Shown here piece after piece: positions 61,838-64,000 of a stretch of 64,000 bases of DNA (positions are counted from its first letter, which is position 1; every line of letters begins with the position of its first letter). This DNA is from the human T2T-CHM13v2.0 reference genome, Homo sapiens, in the NCBI RefSeq assembly GCF_009914755.1, contig NC_060925.1. One strand, 5' to 3'. Both the position numbers and the translations under genes were made by a program. The notes beneath the pieces were generated by a model that saw nothing but the letters and a program-made list of their open reading frames with translations, did no database searches and was not told where the DNA came from.

Positions 61838-63479
61838 TTTTAAAATTCTAGCAAATACAGAACAGATGAAGTATCCATTCCTGGAAAAACACTTTTTCAA
61901 TTCTGTGCCAGCTAAGAGGAGGTTGGTGGCCTTCTCTTCTCCATGTGGGCACCCTGTGGTGCTTGCTGGCCTCATCCTTTGAGGGTAGATCTGTAATGCC
62001 GAGAACTCAGGAGAAGGCTGGTGGAGCTGCCAGTAGCTTGGCTCCCATAATGCCATTTGGCTTTGCTTTAGGGGAAAATACGAAATTAAAATAATGCTGC
62101 TTTTATTCCTAAAACACACCTGATTACTTGCTTTGCTTTCAGTGGTACTGGGGAATTTATAAAACCATTAGGATTCAATCAGTGAGACTGAAAATATTTC
62201 CCCATTGCAATAAGCCATGTTTACGTGTCATCCCTCTCTTTGTCCACATGCCAACACTTGCCCTCTGAAACTGATGAGCCCAGGGAGAATCCACACAGTG
62301 AGTCATGCCTATAATCACCATCTATGCTTCAATAAAGTCAAAATCTCAAATTGCTTCAACAACAGTGAGTCTTATGACATCTTGTAAGGGGTTATTACTA
62401 TTATTATGTTGCTCATTTAGTCAAAGCACTCAGAGATGAAGGGGCTGTTCTCAGGTCAAATGGTGTAATACCAATTCATATAAACTGGGCCTTCTGCTTT
62501 AACTTAGTTCACAAATGATTAGACTTGCTGTCTAGACAGTCAAGAAGCCTTCTGGAACTTCTACTCAGAACTAAGAGTGTTGATATACTTTGGGGATTGT
62601 TTGTACATTCTCTATCAATTTCAACCTTATTGTAGTGATATAAATTTTTTTAATGCTATGAAGAAAAGACTGTTTAACAGAGACTCCCACTGTAGCAGGT
62701 GAGCATTAGTACAATGGGCTCTTCTCTAACTTTCCCACATCAGTGTGCATACTCGGCCCAGGTTGAGATGCGTTTTATAAAGACAGATTCCAACCATGCA
62801 GTTTTCCAGGTTGGTGGAGCCCAAGTCAGCTGCGAATAATGGAGGGAGAAAAGTTTGGAAAAAAACCTGTTTCAACTTTTCCCTCCCTTTCGTAACACTC
62901 ATCACACTTGAAGAGAATTGTTTTTTTCCCATCTCTCTTTCCCACAGGGTCATGACCAAATCTGTGTGTTCATCATCATATCCCCAGCACCTCTTATCTA
63001 TTGCGTGGAAGAATCCATTTCTATATGGGAGGAGACTTGTGCAATCAGATGTTAATTAAAATGTGCGCATCTTTTTACAAAACAACACAAAAGTCCATTG
63101 TTTTCTTTATGATGAAATAAGCCAACATAGGTAAAACACTTAGAAGAAGAGTGCCTGTAAGCTATAAAGGTGTATGCTATTATTATTGGCAGTATATATT
63201 TATGTGAATTTTAAGACTGTAACAGAATAATGAACCACCTCAGTACTGAAAAGACTTAGATTCAACTGTAAGTCTTCTGATGATTTATGCCACACCAGGC
63301 AAGTTGCTTATTGCCAGTGGCATTTCTTTTTTGATGTGAAATCAGAAGGGTGGTTCCTTTCTTTCTGCCTCTTACTTAAGAGCACAGATAATTTGGGATG
63401 TGAACAGGTGCTTTGAAATTGCTAGATGGAAAGATCAAATGTACTTTTCCTTGAACAGGTTTGAAATACAATTAAATTA

Positions 63480-63716
<237 letters not shown>

Positions 63717-64000
63717 CTATATGCTTGAAAACTCCCCCCCTCCTTCTTTCTGATCGCAGGATCTTTTCTGCAAGATTACTTTTAGAAACAAAAAACTCTT
63801 TTATTTAATTGAAAAAATAAAGGCTCTCATTCCAAGACTCCTTGCTGCACTTGTCAATCACAGATAGTTTCATAGTTATATTAAATACTATCACTATTTC
63901 AAAGTGATTCTAATTGCTGTTTTAGTGACACCAAACAAGATTCCTGGAGGAAGGAAAACAGAGTGCAGCTGGCAGAGACTGAAGGAAGTGCTGCGGGCCT

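Overview
Human genomic DNA covering the middle of ABCA4 (photoreceptor ABC-A retinoid flippase, Stargardt disease gene) on the minus strand. I located 29 consecutive GT-AG coding exons, exons 7-35 in NM_000350 numbering recalled from memory (c.769-5018, 4250 nt, about aa 257-1673). They splice into one open frame encoding most of ECD1, TM2-6, NBD1, the regulatory region, TM7 and most of ECD2. I saw no amino-acid difference from the reference protein as I recall it. The introns hold 9 Alus (7 antisense to the gene), a 3' L1PA fragment, several LTRs, hAT MERs, L2/MIR relics and microsatellites. Several intronic alleles suggest a haplotype other than GRCh38. This is a well-studied locus and I cannot support a wholly new biological system. 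The most interesting sequence-level observations are: an inverted-Alu arrangement predicting in-frame, stop-free circRNAs (exons 23-26 and 18-26); many latent pseudoexons one base from activation, including a dual-use AG|GT site and a quadruple NAG acceptor; an in-frame latent Alu exon next to Walker A; three co-oriented CTCF motifs; and candidate CRX/NRL/UPRE enhancers. HGVS variant names are from memory and were only checked for consistency with the bases here.
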